The translations under genes and the position numbers were made by a program. A DNA stretch of 45,156 nucleotides from Candidatus Sericytochromatia bacterium (GTDB lineage: Bacteria > Cyanobacteriota > Sericytochromatia > S15B-MN24 > UBA4093), in the NCBI GenBank assembly GCA_036676495.1, contig JAKFCT010000088.1, positions 1 to 45,156 of the forward strand. The letters run 5' to 3'. A model generated the notes under the pieces. The model was not told the DNA's origin. It made no database searches and was given only the letters and a program-made list of their open reading frames with translations. Shown piece after piece: positions 44,782 through 45,156 of the stretch (position 1 is its first letter; every line of letters begins with the position of its first letter).

Positions 44782-45156
44782 TTACTTCCCTTTCTTGCGG
44801 GCGGCATCCCGCAGGCGCTGGCGCTTGGAGGCACGGGACTCCTTGATCGGGGCGTCGGCGCCGGGCACCTCGGCGCGGGTCTCGATCACGGCCTGGGAGG
44901 CGGGAGTCGCGGCGACGGGCACCGGCGGCATCTGCTTGAGGAGGACGAAGTTCTGGGCGAGGGTGATCAGGTTGGAGGCCACGATGTAGAGCAGGACCCC
45001 CGAGGGCAGCGGGAAGAACAGGAACATGCCGGTGATCATGACGGGCATCATGATCAGCATCTGCTTCTGCATGGGGTCGTTGGGGTTGGTGGTCATCATC
45101 TTCTGCATCAGCCAGGTGCTGGCGCCGAAGAGCGCCACCAGGATCAGGTTGTCCCA
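44782..45156 (-). CDS. yidC: Membrane protein insertase YidC, 5'-truncated by window edge
   Basis: QKQMLIMMPVMI...LPSGVLLYIVASNLITLAQ and basic tail; upstream of jag. Confidence 0.9.
   Translation of the reverse strand, partial: WDNLILVALFGASTWLMQKMMTTNPNDPMQKQMLIMMPVMITGMFLFFPLPSGVLLYIVASNLITLAQNFVLLKQMPPVPVAATPASQAVIETRAEVPGADAPIKESRASKRQRLRDAARKKGK

Overview
High-GC bacterial chromosomal window with about 38 protein-coding genes. No rRNA, tRNA, CRISPR array, transposase or prophage structural gene was recognised. The right end carries the yidC(partial)-jag-mnmE cluster, which usually lies near the origin, followed by a SigB/F/G-type sigma factor. Histidine catabolism is split into two blocks: hutU-hutI, and a translationally coupled operon ftcD-cyclodeaminase-hutH-nanE-ROK kinase-AMIN/beta-barrel protein. 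The rest is dominated by exported hydrolases and envelope proteins: peptidases (C14 metacaspase, M13, C11, S8, C39-like), cell-wall enzymes (GH19-LysM, DUF1460 amidase), MliC, many lipoproteins, small beta-barrels and duplicated MscS genes. Gene content, dense GCGATCGC palindromes and pho-box-like repeats suggest a diderm relative of Cyanobacteria such as Ca. Sericytochromatia; this is an unverified inference. Best leads: (1) two adjacent predicted cell-wall hydrolases with no Sec signal that share an N-terminal LQRLN...DQxxR leader, a possible non-Sec export signal; (2) 11-bp-phased CTTAAC-like sites upstream of these and other exported hydrolase genes; (3) a lipoprotein pair with a shared repeated domain resembling type V pilins; (4) an AMIN-proline linker-beta-barrel protein that could tether the outer membrane to peptidoglycan. 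All functional calls come from motif recognition by eye, not database searches.
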